Shown piece by piece: positions 1-9,753 of a stretch of 64,000 nucleotides of DNA. The first letter of the stretch is position 1. Each line of letters begins with the position of its first letter. Location: NCBI GenBank assembly GCA_964534625.1, contig CAZHRF010000012.1, positions 8,501-72,500 on the forward strand, in the 5' to 3' direction. Made by a program: the position numbers and the translations under genes. The DNA comes from an uncultured archaeon. GTDB lineage: Archaea; Asgardarchaeota; Heimdallarchaeia; Heimdallarchaeales; Heimdallarchaeaceae. The notes under the pieces are model-generated. The model was given only the letters and a program-made list of their open reading frames with translations. It was not told the DNA's origin and made no database searches.

Positions 1-1
1 A

Positions 2-454
2 ATGCGCGAACTAGAGTTTCTAGAATTACAAAATAAACCAGATATATTAATCAATCTCAAATCCATTTGTCATGAGATTGCTGACACTTACAAAAATTAT
101 GACGTTGAAATAGAAATCTCCGGTGAAGCAACAATATTAGCAGACCACGCATTAGCTTCGGTGATTGATAATTTAATAAATAATGCAGTAAAGCATTCGG
201 GAACAAAAAAAATAGAGTGCATACTTTCTGAAAATAAAAAACAAGCTGAAATCACCATAAAGGACTATGGGATAGGTTTACCCGAAAACATAAGACAAAA
301 ACTAGAAAAAAGGGAAAATAAGGTTAAAATAAAAAAACCTTCTGGTTTGGGCTTATTAATTGTTCGAAGCACAATAAAGAGGTATAATGGCAAGATAGTA
401 GTAAAAACTAATAAACCAAAAGGAACTATTATAAAAATAATGATACCTAAATAA
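2..454 (+). CDS. Sensor histidine kinase, C-terminal HATPase_c domain (5' part probably lies outside the window)
   Basis: N box NLINNAVKHS, G1 box DYGIG, G2 box SGLGLLIV, terminal GTIIKIMIP; no His phospho-acceptor segment inside the window. Confidence 0.85.
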   Translation: MRELEFLELQNKPDILINLKSICHEIADTYKNYDVEIEISGEATILADHALASVIDNLINNAVKHSGTKKIECILSENKKQAEITIKDYGIGLPENIRQKLEKRENKVKIKKPSGLGLLIVRSTIKRYNGKIVVKTNKPKGTIIKIMIPK

Positions 455-522
455 AATGCGCTTAGAACGATATATTCAGGATCTTAAACGATTTATTTTT
501 CTATGAAAAAATATTCTTAAAA

Positions 523-546
523 TAATACTTATTAACTCAAATATTA
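523..546. promoter_or_regulatory. Possible NikR autoregulatory operator overlapping the nikR TATA box
   Basis: Inverted repeat TAATA-N14-TATTA (523-527, 542-546) brackets TTATTAA about 30 bp upstream of the nikR ATG; the AT-rich context limits significance. Confidence 0.3.
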
Positions 547-560
547 CAGTTTAATATAAG

Positions 561-983
561 ATGGCTAAAGAAGATAAAGAGCTTGTTGTTAGAACGGGTA
601 TATCATTTGACACTAAACTACTAGAAGAATTTGATACATGGTTTAAAAAAGAGGGATTCCCAAACCGCAGCGAGGCGTTAAGGTATATTGTTCGTCAAAA
701 ATTGTCTGAAGAAAAAATTAAGCATAATCCAGATGAACAAATCATTGGAACATTATCCTACATTTTTGATCATCATGTCCATAATAGTTCTTATGAACTT
801 ACAAGCATTCAACACAACCATCAAGATTTGATTGTTTCAACTATGCATGTCCACGTTAGTCATGAATTGTGTTTGGAAACAATATTACTCAAAGGAAAAG
901 TAAAAGATGTACAAAAGTTTACCAACGAACTTCTCACTTTTAAGGGCGTTTTAACAGGTAAGCTATACATTGCAACGATATGA
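561..983 (+). CDS. nikR: Nickel-responsive transcriptional regulator NikR
   Basis: N-terminal ribbon-helix-helix (RTGISFD...NRSEALR); C-terminal metal-binding domain with FDHH and STMHVHVSHELCLE. Confidence 0.95.
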   Translation: MAKEDKELVVRTGISFDTKLLEEFDTWFKKEGFPNRSEALRYIVRQKLSEEKIKHNPDEQIIGTLSYIFDHHVHNSSYELTSIQHNHQDLIVSTMHVHVSHELCLETILLKGKVKDVQKFTNELLTFKGVLTGKLYIATI

Positions 984-1074
984 ACTGGCAAATAGTCCAT
1001 TTTTAGAATTAAGATTATTTACATTTAAACTAGGAATTATTGTCAGTAGAAAAAATGATAAAAATAAAAAATTA

Positions 1075-1542
1075 TTAATACTTGGGAGTAACTTCATCAA
1101 TTAAATCTGCCCACGCATCATCCCATGGGTCTATTGTCTCTTTTTCGACAACAAGAGTATAGATTCTTTTTAACAATGCATGGTGTTTTCTTTCATCTGC
1201 ATAAATTGCCTTAACTACAAATTGCTCTTTTTCATCTTCTATCTCATCCATAAAAGATTCATATGTTTCTATTGCTTGTTTTTCTAGCTCTATATGCTCT
1301 TCTATGGCTTTTTTAATTTTATCACGATCTTCAACTTGTATAAATGGCGTGACATCAGAATTAAGAGTAATTAAGGCTTTCAGTAAGATTTGATGTTTTT
1401 GTGAATCAATAGCTATACCACGTATAAGCTCTTGAACCATTTCGTTCTTAAGCGTTTTAACTGAAGCTTCTGCAGCGTCAATTATATCTTGTTCTAACTT
1501 CTTTTGTTTCTCATAAAAGGCTATTTTGTCTTTGCTTTCCAT
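1075..1542 (-). CDS. Ferritin-like / rubrerythrin-family four-helix di-iron protein
   Basis: Duplicated E...(D/E)xxH ligand pattern (LEQ...DSQKH; LEK...DERKH); SD-like GGTGA upstream. Confidence 0.75.
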   Translation of the reverse strand: MESKDKIAFYEKQKKLEQDIIDAAEASVKTLKNEMVQELIRGIAIDSQKHQILLKALITLNSDVTPFIQVEDRDKIKKAIEEHIELEKQAIETYESFMDEIEDEKEQFVVKAIYADERKHHALLKRIYTLVVEKETIDPWDDAWADLIDEVTPKY

Positions 1543-1596
1543 AGGTTTTCACCTTTACTTAGTAACAATAATAATATTCTTCTTTACTCTTTCGAA

Positions 1597-1620
1597 TTAA
1601 CAAATCTTTTAACAAATCTT
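1597..1620. repeat. 12-bp tandem duplication TTAACAAATCTT x2
   Basis: Exact copies at 1597-1608 and 1609-1620, upstream of the ferritin-like gene. Confidence 0.8.
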
Positions 1621-1634
1621 GAAACAAGAAAGAG

Positions 1635-2684
1635 TTAGGTTAAATATCCCTTGGTAGGCATCATCTCATACTTTAACAAGATTGATTCAACTTTCCTTAA
1701 ATCAGTTGGCGAAAGCTGTACACCAGAATGTAAAAATGGTGAGGGATATATATCCCATGCTTTACCATACGCATTAATATGATCAATAAGTTTATTGGAA
1801 TTGGTAAATACATTTCCTTCTTTAATAGTGGAAGCTAGTTTAAATACATCATTAGCTATATTAGTTAAAGATGATGATACCTTGCTGGCCTGATCTATAC
1901 TACCTTGCTCGAACAATTTTACTAGACGATGTAATTGTTTTGGAAAGGAATTACCAGTACTAAGCAAATATCCATAATATTTTACCTTCCCTATGTAGTT
2001 AATATAATCACCTTCAGCTCCTCTCAATAAAACTAGATTATTATAGTCATATGTATTAGACGCACGCATAATTTTATCGTATCCGCTTGAGTCTTTTACC
2101 ATATAGAAATTAGCGTATGTAGAGCTTAATTTTTCTATAAGTTGAGGCGACATCTCATTTTCTGTAATCTGTGGTAATTGATAAAGTACGGTAGGATAAT
2201 TAAGATCTAACACTGTCTTCAAAGCATGTTTTATTTCTTCCTGATTAAGATCACTCCCTTTTGGGGGACAAACAACTAAACCTTTGAATGGACTGACAGT
2301 AGAAGGAGATAACCTCATGTCTATTCCTAATTGGCTTAAATAATCACAAGTATACTCTAAAAGCTTTTTAACCGCGGTTGTTTTCGTTTTAAGTAATCCA
2401 ATTAAAATGTTAAGATCTAATTCTTTGCTCATATCTTCGAAGACAAAAGATAACAACGCTTTATACTCATCAAAAGTTAGTTCCCAACCATCACCAGTAC
2501 TACCAGGTATAAGATAAGAGTTGATATAAGGATACATGTATTTAATATGCGCTTTCATCCGAGTAAAATTAATTGAACCATCTGATTTATAATGAGTAAG
2601 AGGGGGACACCACAGTTTAGGTATACCATCAGGAAAGAGAGTATCAATCAAATTTATTCTTTGTTCTTTTATTTTCATAAGCAA
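1635..2684 (-). CDS. Dihydrodipicolinate synthase-like (DapA/NanA family) class I aldolase
   Basis: PGSTGDG (GxTGE-like) motif, LYQLPQIT, Schiff-base KDSSG. Confidence 0.8.
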   Translation of the reverse strand: MLMKIKEQRINLIDTLFPDGIPKLWCPPLTHYKSDGSINFTRMKAHIKYMYPYINSYLIPGSTGDGWELTFDEYKALLSFVFEDMSKELDLNILIGLLKTKTTAVKKLLEYTCDYLSQLGIDMRLSPSTVSPFKGLVVCPPKGSDLNQEEIKHALKTVLDLNYPTVLYQLPQITENEMSPQLIEKLSSTYANFYMVKDSSGYDKIMRASNTYDYNNLVLLRGAEGDYINYIGKVKYYGYLLSTGNSFPKQLHRLVKLFEQGSIDQASKVSSSLTNIANDVFKLASTIKEGNVFTNSNKLIDHINAYGKAWDIYPSPFLHSGVQLSPTDLRKVESILLKYEMMPTKGYLT

Positions 2685-2704
2685 TTAGTTAGTGTACTTT
2701 CCCT

Positions 2705-3967
2705 TTAATATTTTTTCTCATTAATTGAGAGCAATAAAGTTGGTGTACTTGCTAGAAGCCTAGCTGCACATAATATAAATAGAAATGAAGATAAAGCAAT
2801 TTCAAAACTTAGCATGGGTGTTATTTGTTCAAAGACAAACCCACTAATAAATGAACCAGAAAAAGTGCATATCCCCATAAGCATATTATATGTACCAGCA
2901 TAGGTACCTCTCATATCTGCTCGGGGAGCCAAATGTAAAATTTCTGAATTCAGAGAGATACCTATAAAGCCATTGGCTATTCCAGCTATTGTATTACTTA
3001 CAATAATCATATGCCAACTAGTAACCAATGCCAATATAGCTGGAACAGATGAAATCAGCATAAAACCAAAAAAGAGGGAAAATTTGCGGCCTAACTTATC
3101 AGCTATTAAACCAGCAAACCATTGAGAGAGGAGTAAACCACTAGTATGGGAAAGAGATAATATGGCAATTTGGAGAGTAGTAGGGGCAACTCCGTATACT
3201 ACATAGGGATACAAGGGCCAAAGAAAACTCATTACAAGCCACCAAATCATAGTGGATTTGACAAATTTTCTGTATTCGTTATCCTTGAAGGGGGTAAAAA
3301 AACTATATTTGTCTTTAGATAGCTTACTTAATTTTGGAGGTTCTTTCAAGAAAAAGAATATTAATGAAGTAAGACCAAAGAGTATTGAAGATATTAATAA
3401 AGCAATTCTGTATTTTAGTAGATTGGGGATTGAAAATAAGTCTATAATAGCACCTCCTATCAATAATAAAACAGATGACGAAAAAGAGCCTATCATAGCT
3501 ACTTGACTAATAAATTTAGTTCGCGTATGTTCTGTACTTAGATCACCATGCAATGCGTTCCATACAGGTATGGCTGCACTAAAACTAAGAGCCAGAAAAC
3601 CTACGATCACCAAATAGCAAATAAGCGAATTTAGTGTACTTAGTATAAATACACTTATACTAATACTAAGAAAGCTTCCTATAAGGATCAACCTTCGCCC
3701 TACAAGATCGGATACTCGCCCCCATAATCCTTGAAGTATTGACTGCCCCAAGTTAGTTATAGAAGTTATAAATGAAAGCATAAGTGGTGTGGCACCCAAC
3801 CCTATAACTAACAAATTGGCAAAATTGTGGTAGAAGTTAAAGGCGGCACTATTTGGAATAGCAGCTAATTTGAGTATTTTTTTCCCCTTTTTTTTCACGT
3901 TATTTTCTGCTGTTTCCATATCTTCTTCTTCGATGGTTTTGATTTCCTCCTCACTTTCTATATTCAT
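2705..3967 (-). CDS. MFS transporter
   Basis: About 12 hydrophobic helices; MFS motif A twice (GRVSDLVGRR, GLIADKLGRK). Confidence 0.9.
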   Translation of the reverse strand: MNIESEEEIKTIEEEDMETAENNVKKKGKKILKLAAIPNSAAFNFYHNFANLLVIGLGATPLMLSFITSITNLGQSILQGLWGRVSDLVGRRLILIGSFLSISISVFILSTLNSLICYLVIVGFLALSFSAAIPVWNALHGDLSTEHTRTKFISQVAMIGSFSSSVLLLIGGAIIDLFSIPNLLKYRIALLISSILFGLTSLIFFFLKEPPKLSKLSKDKYSFFTPFKDNEYRKFVKSTMIWWLVMSFLWPLYPYVVYGVAPTTLQIAILSLSHTSGLLLSQWFAGLIADKLGRKFSLFFGFMLISSVPAILALVTSWHMIIVSNTIAGIANGFIGISLNSEILHLAPRADMRGTYAGTYNMLMGICTFSGSFISGFVFEQITPMLSFEIALSSFLFILCAARLLASTPTLLLSINEKKY

Positions 3968-4111
3968 GAGTGTTCTTCCAGCAAGCTTGTTTAAAAAATT
4001 ATTTTTAAAGGATAAAAATATTTTTGTGTGTTATTTAAGTGGCTCTTTTTTTCTTAAAAATCTTAATACTAAAGAATCCAAATATCACATTTTACATATA
4101 AGAAAGTGTGA

Positions 4112-5056
4112 TCAAGGTTCAGCATCTTGAAAGCTTAGTTTCTTTACATCTAGGAAACCTCTGAGAACCAAATTTGCTAAAGCAGACATACAATCGGGGA
4201 GCGTGTACTCATTGTTTACCTTCTCAATAATATCTACAAATATGCTTAATACTGTTAATTTAGTATTTTCCAGAGATAATTTCATAATTCGATTGTACAT
4301 GATTCTATCCATGTACAATAATTCAGATATCATTTCATCCCACTTGTCCTTATTTACAATTGTATCTGCTTGTTCCTTTTTTGAAGTTGGGAGAGCATAA
4401 CTAGAATTAATTAGGATCCCTAGTTCGGCTATTTTTTGTAATGTGGGTTCCTCATTGATGCGATAAGATAGATAATCGACAATATAACTCAATAAACCGT
4501 CATCAAGAATAACGCAACTTTCTAATAAATCTGATGCTTTCATCAGCCATTTTTGTACATATTCCAAATTAGTCAAATTAGGCGTTACTTTGGCCTCCAT
4601 TTCGATAAAACCCATGGATGAAACAGCGTTTAATTCATTTCCATTGTCTTTAGTAGTTTGAAAACTAAAGACAGTTTGACGTAACTTATCTTTAATTTCT
4701 AGACTGAATAAATAAGATTTCTCAAAAAGCTCACTGGGAATAATAGGTTGAGTAACCAACTCAATAGTTTTTTTAGGGATAGGAATACCTAGGGGAGATT
4801 CACAGTTAGCAGTAGCGGTTTGTTTTGAGAGAGGCTCAACGGGATACTGCGACCGTACAACTAAGTTGTGATCCACATAAAGAATATTAGCTTTATATAC
4901 CCTATCTAAACATATATGGACATCAACAAGTTCTGCATATCCACTTGATCCAATTTCAGGAGAAACAACGTCAGGTAAAAACATTTGTCTCTCAGAATCA
5001 CAACAATTACAAGTATACTCAATCTTCTTGTATTTGTTAGTGGGTTTTGACATCAT
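4112..5056 (-). CDS. Hypothetical protein with N-terminal Cys/His putative Zn-binding domain and possible C-terminal winged helix
   Basis: CNCC...HIC...LYVDHNLVVRSQ at the N-terminus; C-terminal ALANLVLRGFLDV resembles a wHTH recognition helix and wing. Confidence 0.5.
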   Translation of the reverse strand: MMSKPTNKYKKIEYTCNCCDSERQMFLPDVVSPEIGSSGYAELVDVHICLDRVYKANILYVDHNLVVRSQYPVEPLSKQTATANCESPLGIPIPKKTIELVTQPIIPSELFEKSYLFSLEIKDKLRQTVFSFQTTKDNGNELNAVSSMGFIEMEAKVTPNLTNLEYVQKWLMKASDLLESCVILDDGLLSYIVDYLSYRINEEPTLQKIAELGILINSSYALPTSKKEQADTIVNKDKWDEMISELLYMDRIMYNRIMKLSLENTKLTVLSIFVDIIEKVNNEYTLPDCMSALANLVLRGFLDVKKLSFQDAEP

Positions 5057-5264
5057 TATGTATATCTTTCAAAAGTTGTATAAAAATTATTAGTAATACT
5101 GATGCATAATTCATAAGTCTATGTTTTAAAAGGAGGCAAAAGAAATATAGATATCATTCCCATATTTTTGTGCTTGTTTTCTTCCTTGACTTTATTTTGG
5201 TGGTTTTTTGGATTTTTCTTGATTTTAATGAAGATAATTATTTCCCACTTTTTGATAATATGCT

Positions 5265-6788
5265 CTAATGAAGAAAACATCTTGTCCCCGACCATACAAG
5301 TGCAATATCGTGTTTATTTGCTTCTTTAATTGATTCATTATCTCTAATCGATCCTCCTGGGGCAATAATAGCTGTTATCCCTAAATTTGCAGCATGTTCA
5401 ACACAATCTCCAAAGGGGAAAAAAGCATCAGAACCGAGAACAGCACCTTTCGCTCTATCACCAGCACGTTCTCCCGCTAATTTAACAGCACCTATTCGGC
5501 TGGTTTGTCCCATTCCGATTCCTAATGTTCTTGTGCCCTTTGATATAACCGCAGAATTCGATTTCACGTATTTTAATACTTTCCATGCCCACAATAAGTC
5601 CTTGATTTCTTCTTTTGTAGGTTTACGATCTGAAACAAATTCAAGATCCTCCTTTGTCAGTATCTTCTTATCTGTATCTTGAACCAAGACACCATTGGCT
5701 ACCAATCTAACTGAGAGATCAGGTAATGTTGTTCGTTTATTTAATTTTAATAACATAATTCGTTCTTTTTGGGTTAAGATTTCAAATGCTTCAGGTTCAT
5801 AAGCAGGAGCAATCATTACATCAACAAACATAGCGTGTAATTTTTCTGCTAGGCCAAGAGTGATTGGACGATTGAAACCCATTGCAGCACCAAAGGCAGA
5901 TAATTGATCAGTGTTAAATGCATGATCAAAGGCAGTTTCAATATCATTAGCAGATGCCACACCACAAGGAGAAGTGTGTTTAATAAGTGCAGCAGTAGGG
6001 TGTGAAGAATGTTCAGAGAGGATATTTAAAGCTGCCATTAAATCTACAATATTATTAAAAGACACCTCACGTCCATGAAGTTGCTCATAAAAAGGTTCTT
6101 TACCTTCAAGAAGATAGTAAGCCCCTTGTTGATGCCAATTTTCACCATATCTTAGGCTTACTGGTTTATGGGCGGTTAAATTAAATCTTGGACCAAAGAA
6201 CTGCCCGGTCTTCTCCAAAAGATAATTTCCAATATGGGTATCATAACTTGCTGACACTGCAAAGGCTTTTTGGGCAAGTTTTAATCGAGTATCAGAAGAC
6301 ACACCAACAGAAAGTTGTTTGAGAACTAAGGAATAATCAGAAGGATCTACAATAACAATAACATTTTGGAAATTCTTTGCAGCAGCTCGAATTAAAGTAC
6401 TACCACCAATATCAATATTCTCTATTGCATCATCAAAAGTGTGATCTTTAGAGATAACAGTATAGAAAGGATATAAGTTACAAGCAACTAATCCAACACG
6501 TTGAATATAATGTTCTTGTAATTGATCTTGATGGGATTTAATATTACGAGCTAATATTCCGCCATGAATTTTAGGATGGAGAGTTTTCACGCGACCATCA
6601 AGAATTTCAGGAAAATGGGTAATATCCTCAATTGAAGAGATTACCACATTGGCATTAGAAAGATAGGTGGCAGTACCGCCAGAACAGACAATATCATACA
6701 TACTGGAAATTTCTTTAGCAAATTCAACTATTCCAGTTTTATCATAAACACTAATAATCGCTATAGGTTTGGATTTGTTTTTAGGCAT
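5265..6788 (-). CDS. purH: Bifunctional AICAR formyltransferase / IMP cyclohydrolase
   Basis: ISVYDKTG, GRVKTLHPKIHGGIL, IENIDIGG, LRYGEN, KSNS, SDAFFPF, PGGSIRD. Confidence 0.97.
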   Translation of the reverse strand: MPKNKSKPIAIISVYDKTGIVEFAKEISSMYDIVCSGGTATYLSNANVVISSIEDITHFPEILDGRVKTLHPKIHGGILARNIKSHQDQLQEHYIQRVGLVACNLYPFYTVISKDHTFDDAIENIDIGGSTLIRAAAKNFQNVIVIVDPSDYSLVLKQLSVGVSSDTRLKLAQKAFAVSASYDTHIGNYLLEKTGQFFGPRFNLTAHKPVSLRYGENWHQQGAYYLLEGKEPFYEQLHGREVSFNNIVDLMAALNILSEHSSHPTAALIKHTSPCGVASANDIETAFDHAFNTDQLSAFGAAMGFNRPITLGLAEKLHAMFVDVMIAPAYEPEAFEILTQKERIMLLKLNKRTTLPDLSVRLVANGVLVQDTDKKILTKEDLEFVSDRKPTKEEIKDLLWAWKVLKYVKSNSAVISKGTRTLGIGMGQTSRIGAVKLAGERAGDRAKGAVLGSDAFFPFGDCVEHAANLGITAIIAPGGSIRDNESIKEANKHDIALVWSGTRCFLH

Positions 6789-6934
6789 GCAACCTAAAAA
6801 AAAGAATTTTGAATATTATTAAATATTTCTAAAATCAAGATTTATAGCTAAAGTACAATTAAGTGACGAGAATAATAGCTGCAAACCATGGCTATCAAGT
6901 TTAGAATGAATAAAAAAAGTATTTATACGTATCT

Positions 6935-7372
6935 GTGATAAGATTTAGGCGTGGAAAAAAAATGAAAAAATTTCATGTTCAATCGTTTTTGTTTTGGTTT
7001 GTTTTATTAATTATAGCCATTATTAATGCTATAATAAGAGAAGTGACATATAAACCCCTATTAGAACCACATATTGGAGTTTGGGCACATCAAATTAGTT
7101 CTTTAACAGCTATAATGCTATTTTTTATCGCGATATTTCTGTTTTTAAAAAACACAAAAGAAGATTTCACAAAGAAAGATGTAATTTTAGCGGGTATATT
7201 ATGGATAATCCTCACATTAATTTTTGAAACTTTAATGAATTTTTACAGAAAACTTACGACACAAGAAATATTAGAAACCTATTACTTCTGGAGAGGGGAA
7301 ACTTGGATTTTTGTTCTTCTATCCTTAATAGTCTCACCATTAATTTGTTATCACCTATTAAAAAAACAATAA
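6935..7372 (+). CDS. Four-helix membrane protein of unknown function (likely start at 6962)
   Basis: Four hydrophobic segments; AIINAIIRE and AHQISS motifs. Confidence 0.6.
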   Translation: MIRFRRGKKMKKFHVQSFLFWFVLLIIAIINAIIREVTYKPLLEPHIGVWAHQISSLTAIMLFFIAIFLFLKNTKEDFTKKDVILAGILWIILTLIFETLMNFYRKLTTQEILETYYFWRGETWIFVLLSLIVSPLICYHLLKKQ

Positions 7373-7794
7373 TCATTTCCTTTATTCTCTTTTTGTGTTC
7401 ATAAACATATTTTAAAGTTAAAGGAGATGAAATTAAAACGAGTATAACAACTGCGATAGTGAAATATTATTTTATTATCTTCTACTTGAAAACCCAGTTC
7501 TTTAAGTAGAGGTATTTCATAGTAAATTAATTCCTTAGTGCATAGGAACAAAAAGAATGGATACTTACAGGTTTTGATGTAGAACGTTTTAAGATACAGC
7601 TGAACTTTTGGATCTGTTATCAAACATTTTTCCAGTGGAAATTTATCTACACTCTTCTAATAAGGAGCCACTTACAAAAAGTAATACTTACAAAAAGAAT
7701 TTTTGTGATATATTTACGTTCAGCTAGAGCGACATAAAGGGTAAAAATTCCTTAAAAACAAAAGATTGATTAACAAATTTATTTTAATAATCAT

Positions 7795-8394
7795 ATGATA
7801 CAAAATATAATAATAATCAGAGATAATGGTTTACCTTTATTTGGTCGTTCTTTAATGTGTCATATTGGCATGAAATGTATCGATTTAAGCAAAGATAGTA
7901 CGATGCAAGATGAAACCGTCTTACAATCTGCTCTTTTTAGTGCCACATTAACTTATGACCAAGCTAAACCCTTAACTTTTCATGAATTTGATTTTCAACA
8001 ATCAAAAATAATTAGTTTTCCTAAAGAAACTATAACCTCTGTCTTGTCGGTTGATCCTTCTGACGATAGTGATATCTATAAAAATCGGTTACGATTAATC
8101 ACGGAACTTTTTGAACAGGAATACAGTTCAACACTTGAAGATCCATCTCTTCCGGTAAGTGCTTTTTCTGAATTTGAACAAACTTTAGCTGATGAAGGTT
8201 TACTAGAAAGTGGTGAAAGATTTAGATCAAACTGTATTAATTGTGAATGGGACAAAGCTTGTCCGTTTCGAATTGTTTCTAAATCACCTACCATGAGTTT
8301 AAAAGAAAGATTGGTATCCATACCAAATTTAAATATCATGAAAAAAATGTGGTTAATGATGAAAGGGATGTTTAAACCAAAATATCTGAATTAA
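7795..8394 (+). CDS. Longin/roadblock-like domain protein with a C-terminal Cys cluster
   Basis: IIIIRDNGLPLF...LQSALFSA longin-type N-terminus, followed by CINCEWDKACPF. Confidence 0.55.
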   Translation: MIQNIIIIRDNGLPLFGRSLMCHIGMKCIDLSKDSTMQDETVLQSALFSATLTYDQAKPLTFHEFDFQQSKIISFPKETITSVLSVDPSDDSDIYKNRLRLITELFEQEYSSTLEDPSLPVSAFSEFEQTLADEGLLESGERFRSNCINCEWDKACPFRIVSKSPTMSLKERLVSIPNLNIMKKMWLMMKGMFKPKYLN

Positions 8395-8409
8395 AATTGG
8401 TAGATAATT

Positions 8410-9378
8410 TTACCTTTCGATTTTTTTTTTCAACCATGGCACGGTAAGATTAGCTTCTGCCTCAATTTTCCACTTCTTTATAACCCTCAGCTGATCCTCA
8501 AAAAAAACAAGCGTAATTTTTTCCAATCCAGCTATACGCCCTAAGTGCCTTATAGCTTTGATATGCATTTCAGTTACAACAGGAGAAGTATTGTTTCCTG
8601 AATTGGTTAACCAAATAAACGCCATTCCAGTATGAAAGATAGGGTGATGATTTATAACTCCAATAATCGCTTCATTGCCTTCTTCATCCTTAATTTTTTT
8701 GGTAATTTTTTTTTGTTCAAAAAATTCATTTAAAAACGTCGTGTGCAATAAAATCCAATTTTTACTCGGCGATGCAATCCAGCCTATTTTTAAATCCCAA
8801 GTGTTTTCTAATTTTTTAGAAGAAGCAAGCCAATTAAATGCTTCACAACTTTTCGCAGTATCTATAGTTAGTTCATATTTATCTTTCCACTGTTTAAATC
8901 CAATATGTTGATAAAACCTTCCTGAGGGTCCCTCCAATTCTTCAGGATAAACAAATAAACTTTTACACCCTTTATTTTTAGCAAGTTGTTCTACATGCGC
9001 AAGTAGTTTTTTAGCAACACCTTTTCTCCTTTTTTCAGGATGTACTAGTAAAAGATCTAGGTATCCGTGTTTCCCAAGTAACGGACTATCACCAATTATA
9101 AATGCTGTATATCCTATTACTCGACCATTTTCCATTGCAACATACCATTCTAATGGATTAAATATTTCTCGTTTAAGATCCTCAATATACCGTTCTAAGA
9201 GTATTTTATCCATTGTTGGACCACCATGGAACCATCGTTGTTCATGACTCAGTTCTGAATAATCTTTTGTCTCCCATTCAACCAAAGTGTGATACTCGTA
9301 CCATTGTTTGACAGAAGCTACTTCCACTTCTACAAGGCCAGCAATTGTTTTTAGAGACAATGGTTCTATAGTTATCAT
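8410..9378 (-). CDS. GNAT family N-acetyltransferase
   Basis: Motif A LLVHPEKRRKGVAKKLL; FYQHIGF. Confidence 0.85.
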   Translation of the reverse strand: MITIEPLSLKTIAGLVEVEVASVKQWYEYHTLVEWETKDYSELSHEQRWFHGGPTMDKILLERYIEDLKREIFNPLEWYVAMENGRVIGYTAFIIGDSPLLGKHGYLDLLLVHPEKRRKGVAKKLLAHVEQLAKNKGCKSLFVYPEELEGPSGRFYQHIGFKQWKDKYELTIDTAKSCEAFNWLASSKKLENTWDLKIGWIASPSKNWILLHTTFLNEFFEQKKITKKIKDEEGNEAIIGVINHHPIFHTGMAFIWLTNSGNNTSPVVTEMHIKAIRHLGRIAGLEKITLVFFEDQLRVIKKWKIEAEANLTVPWLKKKIER

Positions 9379-9504
9379 TATATCATTCCATTTAGAAATA
9401 TCTAGAAGAGAATGGGAAGAGCATCTACAAAAGGTCTTTCTTTTCGAACAAACAAGAAAATAAATGGTTAGCTTTATTTATTTATTTGATTATTTCTTTT
9501 TAGG

Positions 9505-9753
9505 TTGCGATATAATTTGTTTGATTATGATCAAAAAGTATTACTTGGAATTATTTCTCTTATAATTTTACAAATAAGTCTAAATATTTTCGCTACTTAC
9601 AGATGGAAAATACAAAAAAAAATTCATCCTTCTGTATCTAAATGGTGGTGGCTACTTATAATCTGGTTTGTTAATGTGTTTGGAGCTCTAGCTTTTTTAA
9701 TATTTGGAGATATTTCTGGAAAAGAGGTTTTGAACAATGGTTCTTGGGATTAA
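9505..9753 (+). CDS. Small membrane protein, PLDc N-terminal (YxlE-like) domain
   Basis: Two TM helices with KWWWLLIIWFVNVFGALAFLIFG; overlaps the ABC ATPase start. Confidence 0.7.
   Translation: MRYNLFDYDQKVLLGIISLIILQISLNIFATYRWKIQKKIHPSVSKWWWLLIIWFVNVFGALAFLIFGDISGKEVLNNGSWD

Noticed and set aside
7399-7623. 74-aa minus-strand ORF with LLKELGF, possibly a GNAT remnant
   Set aside because: Too little similarity to call either a gene or a pseudogene
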